DNA from: a virus | DNA: 64,000 nucleotides | IMG/VR virus record: IMGVR_UViG_3300021963_000054 | Span: 32,001-96,000 of that record | Reading direction: 5' to 3' (one strand) | Shown here: in pieces, positions 30,253 to 39,585 of the stretch | Layout: each line of letters starts with the position of its first letter | Numbering within the stretch: the first letter of the stretch is position 1 | The notes under the pieces: model-generated | What the model saw: only the letters and a program-made list of their open reading frames with translations | Told to the model about the DNA's origin: nothing | Database searches by the model: none | Translations under genes and position numbers: made by a program

Positions 30253-30581
30253 GAACCATAGTCTGGAATGTGTCGGCAATGAACTGTTATCCCCAAGCAG
30301 AGGGACAAACAAATGTCGTATTCACCGTTCACTGGCAATGCAACGGCACTCAAGAGCAAGATGGCAAGACATACAACGGATCTGTCTACGCAAGTTGTGG
30401 TGTGACTTACGCCGCTGGATCAACATACATACCATATGCTAACTTAACAAAAGAAGATGTTCTTGGTTGGATTTGGGCATCTGGCGTGGACAAGGACGCT
30501 ACAGAAGCGGCCGTACAACAACAGATTGACACAGCAATTAATCCACCTTCGATTACTCCAACCTTGCCTTGGGAAAATTAA
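30249..30581 (+). CDS. Conserved fibre-associated protein (110 aa; paralogue of 34164)
   Basis: W.V....VV..VHW....YIPY..LT.E.VLGW....LPW pattern. Confidence 0.75.
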   Translation: MRTIVWNVSAMNCYPQAEGQTNVVFTVHWQCNGTQEQDGKTYNGSVYASCGVTYAAGSTYIPYANLTKEDVLGWIWASGVDKDATEAAVQQQIDTAINPPSITPTLPWEN

Positions 30582-30612
30582 AATCCTATTTTTTAACAAG
30601 ACTATATAAAAT

Positions 30613-32142
30613 ATGGCATCTAATCAAGACTTTATTGTAAAAAACGGTTTAACAATCGGCAGCTCACAAGTAATTGCCGCTAACGGTCGTTGGGTTGGTG
30701 TCAGCACAGGATTAATTGGTCCTCAAGGCGCACAGGGAGCCCAAGGTTCTCAAGGCGCAACAGGACCGACCGGACCTCAGGGAGCACAGGGAGCAACAGG
30801 TGGAACTGGTCCCACTGGTCCTCAAGGCGCTCAAGGTGCAACTGGAGGAACTGGACCAACTGGACCTCAAGGTGCTCAAGGAGCACAAGGTCCCGCTGGA
30901 CCAACTGGACCACAAGGCGCACAGGGAACACAAGGCGCACAAGGAAGTGCTGGACCTCCTGGTCCTACTGGTGCACAGGGACCAACTGGCGCACAGGGAC
31001 CAACTGGTGCTCAAGGTCCGACAGGTGCTACAGGACCAACAGGTCCAAGCAGCTGGTCAGCAATACCTGCTGGTACTAGAACCAACTATGATTTAAAATT
31101 TCAACCCAACAATGCTGACTATGCAGGATTTCAGTTTTTAAACGATGCTGGCTCGGGAGCTGGGTATCTGTTAGTTCGGTCTACTTCATCCGATAGCTTT
31201 CCACCCTATACAGCGGGCGGAATAACGCTTGTTTCAGACGTTGGCGGGTTAAACTTTTTTGCGAGAAGTGGAACCCAACTTGTAAGGATGGGGACGGGAA
31301 GCACCGAAACCTTTAGGCTCGAATCAAATTATTCACTGTCTATCAACAGCTCCCGTGCACCAATCTTCTACGACTACAACAACACTGGGTATTACACTGA
31401 CCCAGCCAGCACGTCAAATATGTATAATATAACTGTTCGTTCTGGCAGTCCATACGCAGCCGTTACAGATTTAGGATATGTATCTCCTATACAAGTCAGC
31501 GAAACAGGAACAGGAACAAACTCAGACCGATATGTTCCGATGATTTCAGGAACATCAACATCTTCTTCAGGTTATAGACAACATACTGTTTTTGGTTCTT
31601 TAAGAGGTTCTGTTTGGGGTTCCGCTTTTATTGCAGTTGGTGGTAACGACTCTTATCCGACTGTAGCATACACTTTTCACTATACTGGATATGGAACTGC
31701 TCCAGATTCTTGGAGAGCACCAATCTTCTACGACTCCAACAACACCGGGTATTACACTGACCCAGCCAGCACATCAGTTTTGAATGGACTAACAGTTGGT
31801 GGTGGAACTATTGCAACAACATCAGGCTCTCCTTCATACTATATGGCTAGAGCATGGGTAAATTTTGACGGTGCGGGAAGCATCCGGGCGCAAGTTAACG
31901 TGTCATCAATTTCTAAAAGTACTACAGGTACGTACCAAATAAATTTTGCAACTGCAATGCCAGATGCAAACTACGTAATGTCATATTCAAATAGCTATTT
32001 GTCGCCCGCATCTAACTCAAATGCTCCAGGCGGTGCGGCGGCGCCATACACGGCTTCGGTCGGAAGTGTTTGCTCTTACCAATCACAAGCGGTAGGAAAT
32101 TTAACTGATAATACTTATCAGTTGGTAGTAGTTTATAGATAA
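30613..32142 (+). CDS. Collagen-like fibre protein 2 (MASNQDF family, 509 aa)
   Basis: Long Gly-X-Y tract (about 30718-31050), two [18 protein letters not shown] repeats, and C-terminal [26 protein letters not shown]. Confidence 0.85.
   Translation: MASNQDFIVKNGLTIGSSQVIAANGRWVGVSTGLIGPQGAQGAQGSQGATGPTGPQGAQGATGGTGPTGPQGAQGATGGTGPTGPQGAQGAQGPAGPTGPQGAQGTQGAQGSAGPPGPTGAQGPTGAQGPTGAQGPTGATGPTGPSSWSAIPAGTRTNYDLKFQPNNADYAGFQFLNDAGSGAGYLLVRSTSSDSFPPYTAGGITLVSDVGGLNFFARSGTQLVRMGTGSTETFRLESNYSLSINSSRAPIFYDYNNTGYYTDPASTSNMYNITVRSGSPYAAVTDLGYVSPIQVSETGTGTNSDRYVPMISGTSTSSSGYRQHTVFGSLRGSVWGSAFIAVGGNDSYPTVAYTFHYTGYGTAPDSWRAPIFYDSNNTGYYTDPASTSVLNGLTVGGGTIATTSGSPSYYMARAWVNFDGAGSIRAQVNVSSISKSTTGTYQINFATAMPDANYVMSYSNSYLSPASNSNAPGGAAAPYTASVGSVCSYQSQAVGNLTDNTYQLVVVYR
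31357..31776 (+). repeat. 60-nt direct repeat pair (31357-31416, 31717-31776)
   Basis: 57/60 nt identical. Encodes [20 protein letters not shown]. Confidence 0.9.
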
Positions 32143-32152
32143 GGAAATTAAT

Positions 32153-32452
32153 ATGAATAAAAGAATAATTTATCCGAACGATAATGGTGGTTTAGTACTT
32201 GTTATTCCAGCGCCAAATTGTGGATTAACAATAGAACAAATTGCCGCTAAAGATGTTCCTAATGGAAAACCTTATAAAATTTTAGAAGCAAGTGATGTTC
32301 CAGAAGACCATAATTTTTTTGACGCTTGGGAAGCAGATTTTTCTACCTATGATGGTCATGGAGAAGATTATGGTATTGGTTCACTCAATGCTGTAGTAGG
32401 ATGGAATAATGATGGATCACCGATGTTGAGAGTTGGGGAAATAATACAATGA
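32153..32452 (+). CDS. Fibre-associated small protein (99 aa)
   Basis: RBS AAGGA. IIY....IPA....IA.KDVP.G.PYKI...D.P...F.DAW pattern. Confidence 0.7.
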   Translation: MNKRIIYPNDNGGLVLVIPAPNCGLTIEQIAAKDVPNGKPYKILEASDVPEDHNFFDAWEADFSTYDGHGEDYGIGSLNAVVGWNNDGSPMLRVGEIIQ

Positions 32453-32697
32453 TTACTATTAATATTGACAAAGCAAAAAATATTGCTCACGAAAAACGTA
32501 GAATTGCCAGGGCTGCTGAATTTACTCCTTTAGACATTAAAGCAACTATTCCATCGGAATCAGTAGTCGCAGAGGCAGCTAGACAAATTATTAGAGATAA
32601 GTATACTGAGATACAAATAGGAATTAATTCTTCTGCCACCATTGATGAAATTAAAAATGAGATGGATAAATTTTCAGATAAATTAAATGGCATCTAA
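32449..32697 (+). CDS. Fibre-associated small protein (82 aa)
   Basis: ATGA coupling. I.I..DKAK.IAH..RR.AR..EF.PLD pattern. Confidence 0.7.
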   Translation: MITINIDKAKNIAHEKRRIARAAEFTPLDIKATIPSESVVAEAARQIIRDKYTEIQIGINSSATIDEIKNEMDKFSDKLNGI

Positions 32698-34102
32698 TCA
32701 AGACTTCATCGTAAAGAACGGCCTCACAATAGGCAGTTCACAAGTAATTGCAGCCAATGGTCGCTGGGTTGGTGCTAACACAGGACTTTTTGGTCCTCAA
32801 GGCGCAACAGGACCTCAAGGCGCACAGGGAGCAACTGGTCCAACCGGCGCTCAAGGTCCTACTGGTCCAACTGGCGCACAGGGAGCAACTGGTCCCACTG
32901 GTCCTACTGGTCCACAAGGCGCACAGGGTCCAACAGGAAGTACTGGACCAACTGGACCTCAAGGAGCACAAGGCGCACAGGGAGGTGCTGGACCAACAGG
33001 ACCTCAAGGAGCACAGGGACCAACTGGCGCTACGGGACCAACGGGACCCACTGGACCTTCTGGCGCATCAATCTTAGGATCAAGCAATACTTGGACAGGT
33101 GGAAATTACTTTCGTTCTAATTTGGGAGCAACTTCCGGAAGTTTAAATAGTCCACCTTTACAAGCATATTCAGATAGCAATAACTCTGCTTTTATGTCTT
33201 TTCACAAAGGTGGAGTATATGCAGTAAACATGGGACTGGACTCCGATAACATATTGCGTATTGGTGGTTGGTCTGCTTCAGCGAATCGTTGGGAATTGGA
33301 TATGTCTGGAAACAATTGGGCAGCCAGTTCGTTCAGAGCAACAAGCTGGTACTACTCCAGTGACACCGCATATGGATTTATCGGGACTAACGTATATGCA
33401 GATACAATTAATTCTGGCGTGGGTGGCGACCAATTAGAATTATGTTATTACAGAGGTTCATTTACTTCTTCATCTGGTAGTATGCGAGCACCTTTGTTTT
33501 ATGATAGAGATGACACTGGATATTATCTTGATCCAAATACTACAAGCGATTCTGCATTGAGAATTCGTGGCGGTGCTTTACATGGTCCAAATCCTACTTG
33601 GGGATCTTACCTTTTAGTTGGCGGTGATGGAAGACAGAATTATACTAACAGCGGTTCAGTAGCATCTGTTTGTTCAACAAATGGCAATTTGCACATGGAT
33701 GCAGCCTCTGGTTATCAAATGTACTTAAACTATTATGATGGCGACGGAATTAACTTTGGTAATGGCGCAAATGGTGTTCACAGCACCTTATCTAGCGCAG
33801 GTAACCTTGCATTGGGCGGGACAGTAACGGCCACAAACCTTATCGGACAGTCTCAAACTTGGCAAAATGTGGTGGGCAGCAGGGCGGCAGGCACCTTGTA
33901 CACCAACAGCACATCACGTCCAATAACCGTAATAATTTGCTGTGCTTATGGGCAAAGTAATATGACTGTGTATGTTGACAGTGTGGCGTTTCTTGTAACA
34001 GGTCCATATGGAAACAGCGTAATTTTGTCTGCAACACTAATTGTTCCACCAGGATCTACATACAAGGCAGATAGTGTAAGTTATTGGATGGAACTTCGCT
34101 AA
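32687..34102 (+). CDS. Collagen-like fibre protein 3 (MASNQDF family, 471 aa)
   Basis: Gly-X-Y tract (about 32792-33066) and C-terminal QTWQNV..SR..GT.YTN.T.RPI.V..IVPPG.TY..W.ELR fibre tip. Confidence 0.85.
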   Translation: MASNQDFIVKNGLTIGSSQVIAANGRWVGANTGLFGPQGATGPQGAQGATGPTGAQGPTGPTGAQGATGPTGPTGPQGAQGPTGSTGPTGPQGAQGAQGGAGPTGPQGAQGPTGATGPTGPTGPSGASILGSSNTWTGGNYFRSNLGATSGSLNSPPLQAYSDSNNSAFMSFHKGGVYAVNMGLDSDNILRIGGWSASANRWELDMSGNNWAASSFRATSWYYSSDTAYGFIGTNVYADTINSGVGGDQLELCYYRGSFTSSSGSMRAPLFYDRDDTGYYLDPNTTSDSALRIRGGALHGPNPTWGSYLLVGGDGRQNYTNSGSVASVCSTNGNLHMDAASGYQMYLNYYDGDGINFGNGANGVHSTLSSAGNLALGGTVTATNLIGQSQTWQNVVGSRAAGTLYTNSTSRPITVIICCAYGQSNMTVYVDSVAFLVTGPYGNSVILSATLIVPPGSTYKADSVSYWMELR

Positions 34103-34121
34103 ACTGATATGATTAATTGAG

Positions 34122-34129
34122 TATAAATA
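34122..34129 (+). promoter_or_regulatory. T4 late promoter TATAAATA
   Basis: Exact consensus, intergenic, upstream of the 34164-36673 gene run. Confidence 0.8.
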
Positions 34130-34163
34130 AACCACTGACCCGCCAACATTTTAGGAGAAAATA

Positions 34164-34529
34164 ATGGCTATTACATATACCTGGAAAGTCACCAGTCTAA
34201 AAACTAAGAACGAAGGATCCAATCAAAACGCAGTTGTGCAAACATACTGGCAAAAGATTGGTACTGATGAAAATGGTAACGTAGGAACATTTTCTGGTGC
34301 AACACCATTCACATCAACAACTATGCCTGAAGGAAATCTTTTTGTTCCATTTGAAGAATTAACCGAAGAAGTTGTTCTTGAATGGATTAAAGATGTTGTC
34401 GTTGGTTCTTATGAAGCGCATGTGAATGGAAAAATTCAAGAGCAGATTGACCAGCATGTCAATCCTGTTTCCGAAGCACAAATGCCATGGGCACCCGCTT
34501 CTAATACAGCACCAGGAATACCCACATAA
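34164..34529 (+). CDS. Conserved fibre-associated protein (121 aa; paralogue of 30249)
   Basis: RBS AGGAG. TYTWKV...VVQTYW...FVPFEELTEE.VLEW...MPW. Confidence 0.8.
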   Translation: MAITYTWKVTSLKTKNEGSNQNAVVQTYWQKIGTDENGNVGTFSGATPFTSTTMPEGNLFVPFEELTEEVVLEWIKDVVVGSYEAHVNGKIQEQIDQHVNPVSEAQMPWAPASNTAPGIPT

Positions 34530-34581
34530 AAGACGAGATATATATTAGATAGTTTATTAATTCATTATAAAGGAGTTTGAC

Positions 34582-34785
34582 ATGAATGATATGATGCAAC
34601 CACAACAAGAAGAACAACAAGTTACACTAACGCTTAAGACAAGTTGGTTAAATGTTCTTATAGCTGGCTTGGAAGAAATTCCACACAAGTTTAGTAGACC
34701 AGTTATTGATTCTATTTCTCAACAAGCAAGAGCGCAGTTAGAAAACAAACCTCAAGGACCATTAGCATCTAAAGTAATTAATTAA
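34582..34785 (+). CDS. Hypothetical protein (67 aa)
   Basis: Strong RBS AAGGAG. Confidence 0.7.
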   Translation: MNDMMQPQQEEQQVTLTLKTSWLNVLIAGLEEIPHKFSRPVIDSISQQARAQLENKPQGPLASKVIN

Positions 34786-34787
34786 TT

Positions 34788-35360
34788 ATGAACGGCGAAT
34801 GGGCTTACTTCAAAAGTAGATTTACCAAAGAGCAATGTGATTTCATTTTAGATGAAGGTCTAAAGTTACCTTCTAAAAAAGCATCTATGGGTGTTTCAGA
34901 TGAAATTGTGGATGATGATTACCGAAGAAGTGAGATTCGGTTTATTCATCAAGAACCCAAATTCCAATTTCTCTTTGATGAGATTTGGAAAATGGCAATT
35001 CAAGCAAACCACGACTTCTTCAATTTTCATATTAGCAGATTAAGTTTTGTACAACTTGCTGAATATTCATCCGAATATCAAGGCGAATATAAAAGACACC
35101 ATGATGTGTTTTGGATGAATGGTGATCCACACTTTCATAGAAAACTTACATGTGTAATCCAGTTGACTGATCCGACAACTTATGAAGGTGGTGATTTTGA
35201 GATGTATGACTTGTCGCAAAATTCTCCAGATAAGGAAGAAATACGACAACAAGGTACGGCAATATTTCTTCCATCTTTCATAAGTCACGCAGCCTTGCCA
35301 GTGACAGAAGGAACAAGACATTCATTAGCAGTATGGATGGAAGGTCCTAAGTGGAGATAA
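34788..35360 (+). CDS. 2OG-Fe(II) oxygenase, prolyl-4-hydroxylase/PKHD-like (190 aa)
   Basis: HxD (HHD), RKL, YEGG, distal H (SHA) and R-x-S (TRHS) motifs. Confidence 0.9.
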   Translation: MNGEWAYFKSRFTKEQCDFILDEGLKLPSKKASMGVSDEIVDDDYRRSEIRFIHQEPKFQFLFDEIWKMAIQANHDFFNFHISRLSFVQLAEYSSEYQGEYKRHHDVFWMNGDPHFHRKLTCVIQLTDPTTYEGGDFEMYDLSQNSPDKEEIRQQGTAIFLPSFISHAALPVTEGTRHSLAVWMEGPKWR

Positions 35361-35361
35361 T

Positions 35362-35916
35362 ATGAAAACAAATATGATTGTGGTTGATGAGTTCTATAAT
35401 AATCCAAATGATGTAAGAGAGTTTGCTTTAGCACAAGAGTTTGGTGTTACTGGTAATTGGCCAGGTTCTAGAACAAAAACTTTTATCAATGAAAGCACAA
35501 AAGAAACCATACAAAAAATACTCCAAGATGTATCTGGAAATGTTACAGACTGGCAAGCAAATGATGGTTATACAGGAAGTTTTCAACTAACAACTTCAAT
35601 GGATAGAAGTTGGATTCATGCTGATTCATACAACACTTGGGCAGGCGTTTTGTATTTGACTCCTGATGCTCCACTATCTGGTGGTACAGGAGTTTTTAGA
35701 TATAAGAAAACAGGAAGCATGACAGAAGATGGCACAGATTTATCCGGCGTCACACAAGATATGACTAAGTGGGAACTTGTTGATAGAGTTGGAAATGTTT
35801 ACAATAGATTAGTATTGTATCGTGGAAACAATTATCATATGTCTTTAGATTACTTCGGCAAAGACAAAGAAGATGGTAGACTGTTTCAACTATTTTTCAT
35901 AACAACAGAATATTGA
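35362..35916 (+). CDS. 2OG-Fe(II) oxygenase, DUF6445-like (184 aa)
   Basis: VVD.FY.NP..VR..AL, IHAD, AGVLYL.P, GGT, NRLVLY, distal H and R-L-x-Q. Confidence 0.8.
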   Translation: MKTNMIVVDEFYNNPNDVREFALAQEFGVTGNWPGSRTKTFINESTKETIQKILQDVSGNVTDWQANDGYTGSFQLTTSMDRSWIHADSYNTWAGVLYLTPDAPLSGGTGVFRYKKTGSMTEDGTDLSGVTQDMTKWELVDRVGNVYNRLVLYRGNNYHMSLDYFGKDKEDGRLFQLFFITTEY

Positions 35917-35917
35917 T

Positions 35918-36673
35918 ATGAAAATATGCAGAGTTATCTTTTCTACAAACAGACCAGAATTCTTAATACCGACTTTAGAATCACACCAAAAGTATATTGA
36001 CTTTGGTGACCATGAAGTTTATGGCATATTCATAGATGACTATCCAAAAGATAGAGATGATAAACTTATTGTAGAGTTAGCCAAAAAATATGGATTCAAT
36101 GAAGCAGTTCTTCATACAGAGAATCTTGGTTTAACACCAACTTGGACAGAGTTATGGAATTATCTAGCCACACAAGATTATGATTACATCTGGCACCATG
36201 AGGATGATGTAGTCTTTGGTGCACCAATCAAAATACAAACTCTGATAGATTTTCTGGAAGAAAACAAAGAGTTTTGTCAAGTCAATCTAAAGCGAAATCC
36301 ATGGTATGATTTTGAATTGAACAAACCAGCAATCACATGGGAAGACAAATTCTTTAGGGAGTACCGATATGATGTTAGGGATGACTATTTCTGGACAATG
36401 GCATCATTGTATCCAGCTTGGGTAACAAAAGAGCCAGTAAAAGAAGTTGAAGATTGCAATTTGGCTGAATATCCAGTGATGAAATATTTCAAAGAGCAAT
36501 ATAAGATGAAGATGGCCATTCTTAAGAATCAAGACGGAAGCAATCTTGTGGAACATATTGGAGTATATTCCCAAGGCAAAAGAGTGCTTGAGGGTGAGCC
36601 AGGATGGGAAGGTTTTAAGTGGTTTGATCCTAATAAAAAATATGATTCCAAGACTGGTGCCTTAATAGTATAA
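35918..36673 (+). CDS. GT-A fold (family 2-like) glycosyltransferase (251 aa)
   Basis: N-terminal strand + NRP..L..TLES, IFIDD, YIWHHEDD (DxD-like) and distal HIG. Confidence 0.75.
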   Translation: MKICRVIFSTNRPEFLIPTLESHQKYIDFGDHEVYGIFIDDYPKDRDDKLIVELAKKYGFNEAVLHTENLGLTPTWTELWNYLATQDYDYIWHHEDDVVFGAPIKIQTLIDFLEENKEFCQVNLKRNPWYDFELNKPAITWEDKFFREYRYDVRDDYFWTMASLYPAWVTKEPVKEVEDCNLAEYPVMKYFKEQYKMKMAILKNQDGSNLVEHIGVYSQGKRVLEGEPGWEGFKWFDPNKKYDSKTGALIV

Positions 36674-36676
36674 ATA
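36669..36676 (+). promoter_or_regulatory. T4 late promoter TATAAATA
   Basis: Exact consensus upstream of gp13. Confidence 0.8.
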
Positions 36677-36702
36677 GATAATAAAACTATTGGGAACTAT
36701 AA

Positions 36703-37659
36703 ATGGCTAAACCCACAACTAGAGCAACTTTCAAAGACTACTGCCTACGCAGATTGGGTCATCCAGTAATCCAAATCAATGTGGATGATGACCAAGTTGA
36801 AGACAGAATTGATGATGCGCTACAATTCTTTGAAGACTATCATTTTGATGGTTGCGAACAATTGTACATGAAGCATCAAATTACCCAAGCAGACATTGAC
36901 CGCAGATGGATTTATTGCCCAGATCCGGTCATTTTTGTTACCGGCATTATACCATTTGACCAGTCATCTTCCTCAGTCAATATGTTTGACTTGCGCTATC
37001 AGTTGCGTTTGCACGATTTGTATGACTTCACATCGGTGTCTTATGTGTCATATGAAATTACCATGCAACACATCCGCACATTGAATCTACTATTTTCCGG
37101 AACACCATTGTTTAGATTCAATCGTAAACAAAATAAGATTTTCTTAGATATTGATTGGGGTAAAGATTTACAAGTTGGTCAATACGTTGTTGTGGAATGT
37201 TACCGCGCATTAAGACCAGACACAGTTACTTTGACCGGAACTTTGACTGGTACAACAAGTAGCAACACTATCACAGGAACAGCAACAATATTTGACCAAG
37301 AAGTTCTTGAAAATGACTTTATCACACTATCTGATGGTCAAGAAGTTCAGATTCGTACAATCAATTCTCCAACAAGTATTACCATTGCTAACAGTTTATC
37401 GGCAAATATTACCGCAAACACAGCAACAAAAGCTGGCGTTTCGGATGTTTGGAATGACAAGTTTTTGAAGACTTATGCTACAGCAAAAATTAAGTATCAA
37501 TGGGGTACTAATCTTTCTAAGTTTGCGGGCATTCAAATGCCTGGTGGAGTAACACTAGATGGTCCAAGAATCATGCAAGAAGCACAAGCTGAGTTGGACA
37601 AACTAGAAGAAGAAATGTACACCATCAGCAGTATGCCTAGCGAAATCTTTGTGGGCTAA
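36703..37659 (+). CDS. gp13: Neck protein gp13
   Basis: KDYCLRRLG.PVI.INVDDDQ..DRIDDALQ and QWG.NLSKF.G.Q.PGGVTLDG. Confidence 0.92.
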   Translation: MAKPTTRATFKDYCLRRLGHPVIQINVDDDQVEDRIDDALQFFEDYHFDGCEQLYMKHQITQADIDRRWIYCPDPVIFVTGIIPFDQSSSSVNMFDLRYQLRLHDLYDFTSVSYVSYEITMQHIRTLNLLFSGTPLFRFNRKQNKIFLDIDWGKDLQVGQYVVVECYRALRPDTVTLTGTLTGTTSSNTITGTATIFDQEVLENDFITLSDGQEVQIRTINSPTSITIANSLSANITANTATKAGVSDVWNDKFLKTYATAKIKYQWGTNLSKFAGIQMPGGVTLDGPRIMQEAQAELDKLEEEMYTISSMPSEIFVG

Positions 37660-37661
37660 AC

Positions 37662-38570
37662 ATGCCAACGAATTTTTATTTTAATAATTTTCCATTACAC
37701 CAAATAACTAGTGAGCAATTACTAGTAGAAGATTTGGTGATTGAAGCTATGCAAATACATGGCATGGATGTTTATTATCTACCACAGACTTCCAGAGACC
37801 AAGTAGACATGCTCTATGGTGAAGACACATTAAAAGAATTTCGTAGTGCTTATGGAATTGAAATGTATCTTGAGAATGTTAGCGGCATGGATGGTGAAGG
37901 CGATTTCATATCAAAGTTTGGCTTAGAGATTAGAGATGAAGTAACTTTGTTAATGTCCCGCAGAAGATTTGCATCTCTAGGAACATCTTTAGTTAGACCA
38001 AGAGAGGGTGATTTAATTTATATTCCTCTACTAAGAAATTTCTTTGAGATATCGTTTGTGGAACATGAAAACAATCAAGCGATGTTCTACACATTAGGTC
38101 GTGGTCGTGGTGGTAATGTTTATGTGTATGCATTGAAACTAAAACAATTTGTCTTTAGTGAAGAAATTATTTCTACTGGCGTTGATGAAATTGATGACCA
38201 GATATTTGATAGCTACAAACGTGCATCGTTGCCTATTGCAAATACTACAGTATTTCCGGCAGGAACTGGTTCTTTTGTTCCTGGCGAAATCATATATCAA
38301 GGTTCTTCATTAGCAACAGCAAACGCACAAGCTATTGTTCATTCTTATACTGCACATTCATCCGTCAGCATTATTCGTGTACAAGGATCTTTTGCTACTG
38401 GCAATGTTCGCGGCAACACAAGCAATGCTTTGAGAAGTGCCATAACTTACAATGATGATACGCAAGTTGGTAATAGCATCTTTGAAGATATCGCAGACAA
38501 TGTTAGAATAGAAACTGAAGCCGATGGAATATTGGACTTCACGGAACATAATCCATTTGGTGAAGCCTGA
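37662..38570 (+). CDS. gp14: Neck protein gp14
   Basis: EQ.LVEDL..E..QI.G.DVYY.P, SKFGL, RPREGDLIY.P and DFTE.NPFG. Confidence 0.92.
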   Translation: MPTNFYFNNFPLHQITSEQLLVEDLVIEAMQIHGMDVYYLPQTSRDQVDMLYGEDTLKEFRSAYGIEMYLENVSGMDGEGDFISKFGLEIRDEVTLLMSRRRFASLGTSLVRPREGDLIYIPLLRNFFEISFVEHENNQAMFYTLGRGRGGNVYVYALKLKQFVFSEEIISTGVDEIDDQIFDSYKRASLPIANTTVFPAGTGSFVPGEIIYQGSSLATANAQAIVHSYTAHSSVSIIRVQGSFATGNVRGNTSNALRSAITYNDDTQVGNSIFEDIADNVRIETEADGILDFTEHNPFGEA

Positions 38571-39571
38571 TGTTAAATAACTCACACTTTTATAATAGAA
38601 CAATTCGTAAAGTAGTAGTTGCTTTTGGCACACTATTCAACGATTTGTTATTGGTAAGATACAATAAAGCTGGAACAATTGAGCATGAGAGAATGCGTGT
38701 TCCTCTTTCCTATGGCGCAAAAGAGAAATATGTTACCAGATTGATATCTGATCCAACACTAACAAAATCTATTGCAACATATGTGCCAAGAATTTCTTTT
38801 GATTTGGTTGGATTAGAATACGATTCATCCAGAAAATTCAATTCAATCAATAGAAACTTTTCTACAAATGCTTTGACGGGTGCAGTATCCGCACAGTACG
38901 CACCAATACCTTACAACTTTGAATTTGAGTTAGCTATCTATGTTAGAAACACAGAGGATGGTACACAAATTCTTGAGCAGATATTGCCATACTTCACACC
39001 AGACTTTACTGTGACTGTGGATTTAATACCTTCATTAGGTAGAAAATATGATATGCCAGTCATTCTTAATTCTGTGACACCACAAACAGAGTATGAAGGT
39101 GATATGTCTACGACTAGACTTATCATTTGGAACTTATCTTTTACTGTAAAAGGATATATTTTCCCACCAGTAAGCACCGTTGGTTTAATTGAACAGGCAA
39201 ACACGAACATCTACACCGATTCAAGAAACACCCTATCGCAAAAAGTATATGTTGATTATGCTAATGGTTCTGGTGTTTTAGTTACAGGTGAAGTTGTTAG
39301 AAGTTCATCCAAAAACAAAACAGGGACTGTTGTGTACTTTGCAAATAATAGCGGAGGCACATTAGTAGTGTCAGACTTAAATGAATTACTTGAAGAAGAT
39401 GATGTGATTGTTGGTGATTATTCTAATGCTACATATACAATAAATACCGTAGATTTGAATCCACTAAAAACAGTTTCAATTATAACTGTACCAGATCCAG
39501 TAACAGCAAATTCGGATGAAGATTTTGGATTCTCAGAAACGATTACAGAATTTCCAAGTACATTGACTTAA
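38570..39571 (+). CDS. gp15: Tail sheath stabiliser / terminator gp15
   Basis: FYN.TIRK.V.AFGTLFN, VPL.YG.KEK, PRISF and QILEQILPYF.P. Confidence 0.92.
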   Translation: MLNNSHFYNRTIRKVVVAFGTLFNDLLLVRYNKAGTIEHERMRVPLSYGAKEKYVTRLISDPTLTKSIATYVPRISFDLVGLEYDSSRKFNSINRNFSTNALTGAVSAQYAPIPYNFEFELAIYVRNTEDGTQILEQILPYFTPDFTVTVDLIPSLGRKYDMPVILNSVTPQTEYEGDMSTTRLIIWNLSFTVKGYIFPPVSTVGLIEQANTNIYTDSRNTLSQKVYVDYANGSGVLVTGEVVRSSSKNKTGTVVYFANNSGGTLVVSDLNELLEEDDVIVGDYSNATYTINTVDLNPLKTVSIITVPDPVTANSDEDFGFSETITEFPSTLT

Positions 39572-39585
39572 AATAGGAAGTCTAA

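Noticed and set aside
24103-33077. Overlapping ORFs and 9-nt periodicity in the collagen tracts as possible CRISPR or separate genes
   Set aside because: Explained by Gly-X-Y coding. There is no constant repeat with unique spacers and no cas genes.
19902-34102. Diversity-generating retroelement suggested by the Mtd_N-like domain and near-identical repeats
   Set aside because: No reverse transcriptase in the window, and repeat mismatches are few and not adenine-specific.
21741-34102. Invertible shufflon of fibre tips
   Set aside because: All cassettes and repeats are in direct orientation and no invertase or recombinase is seen.
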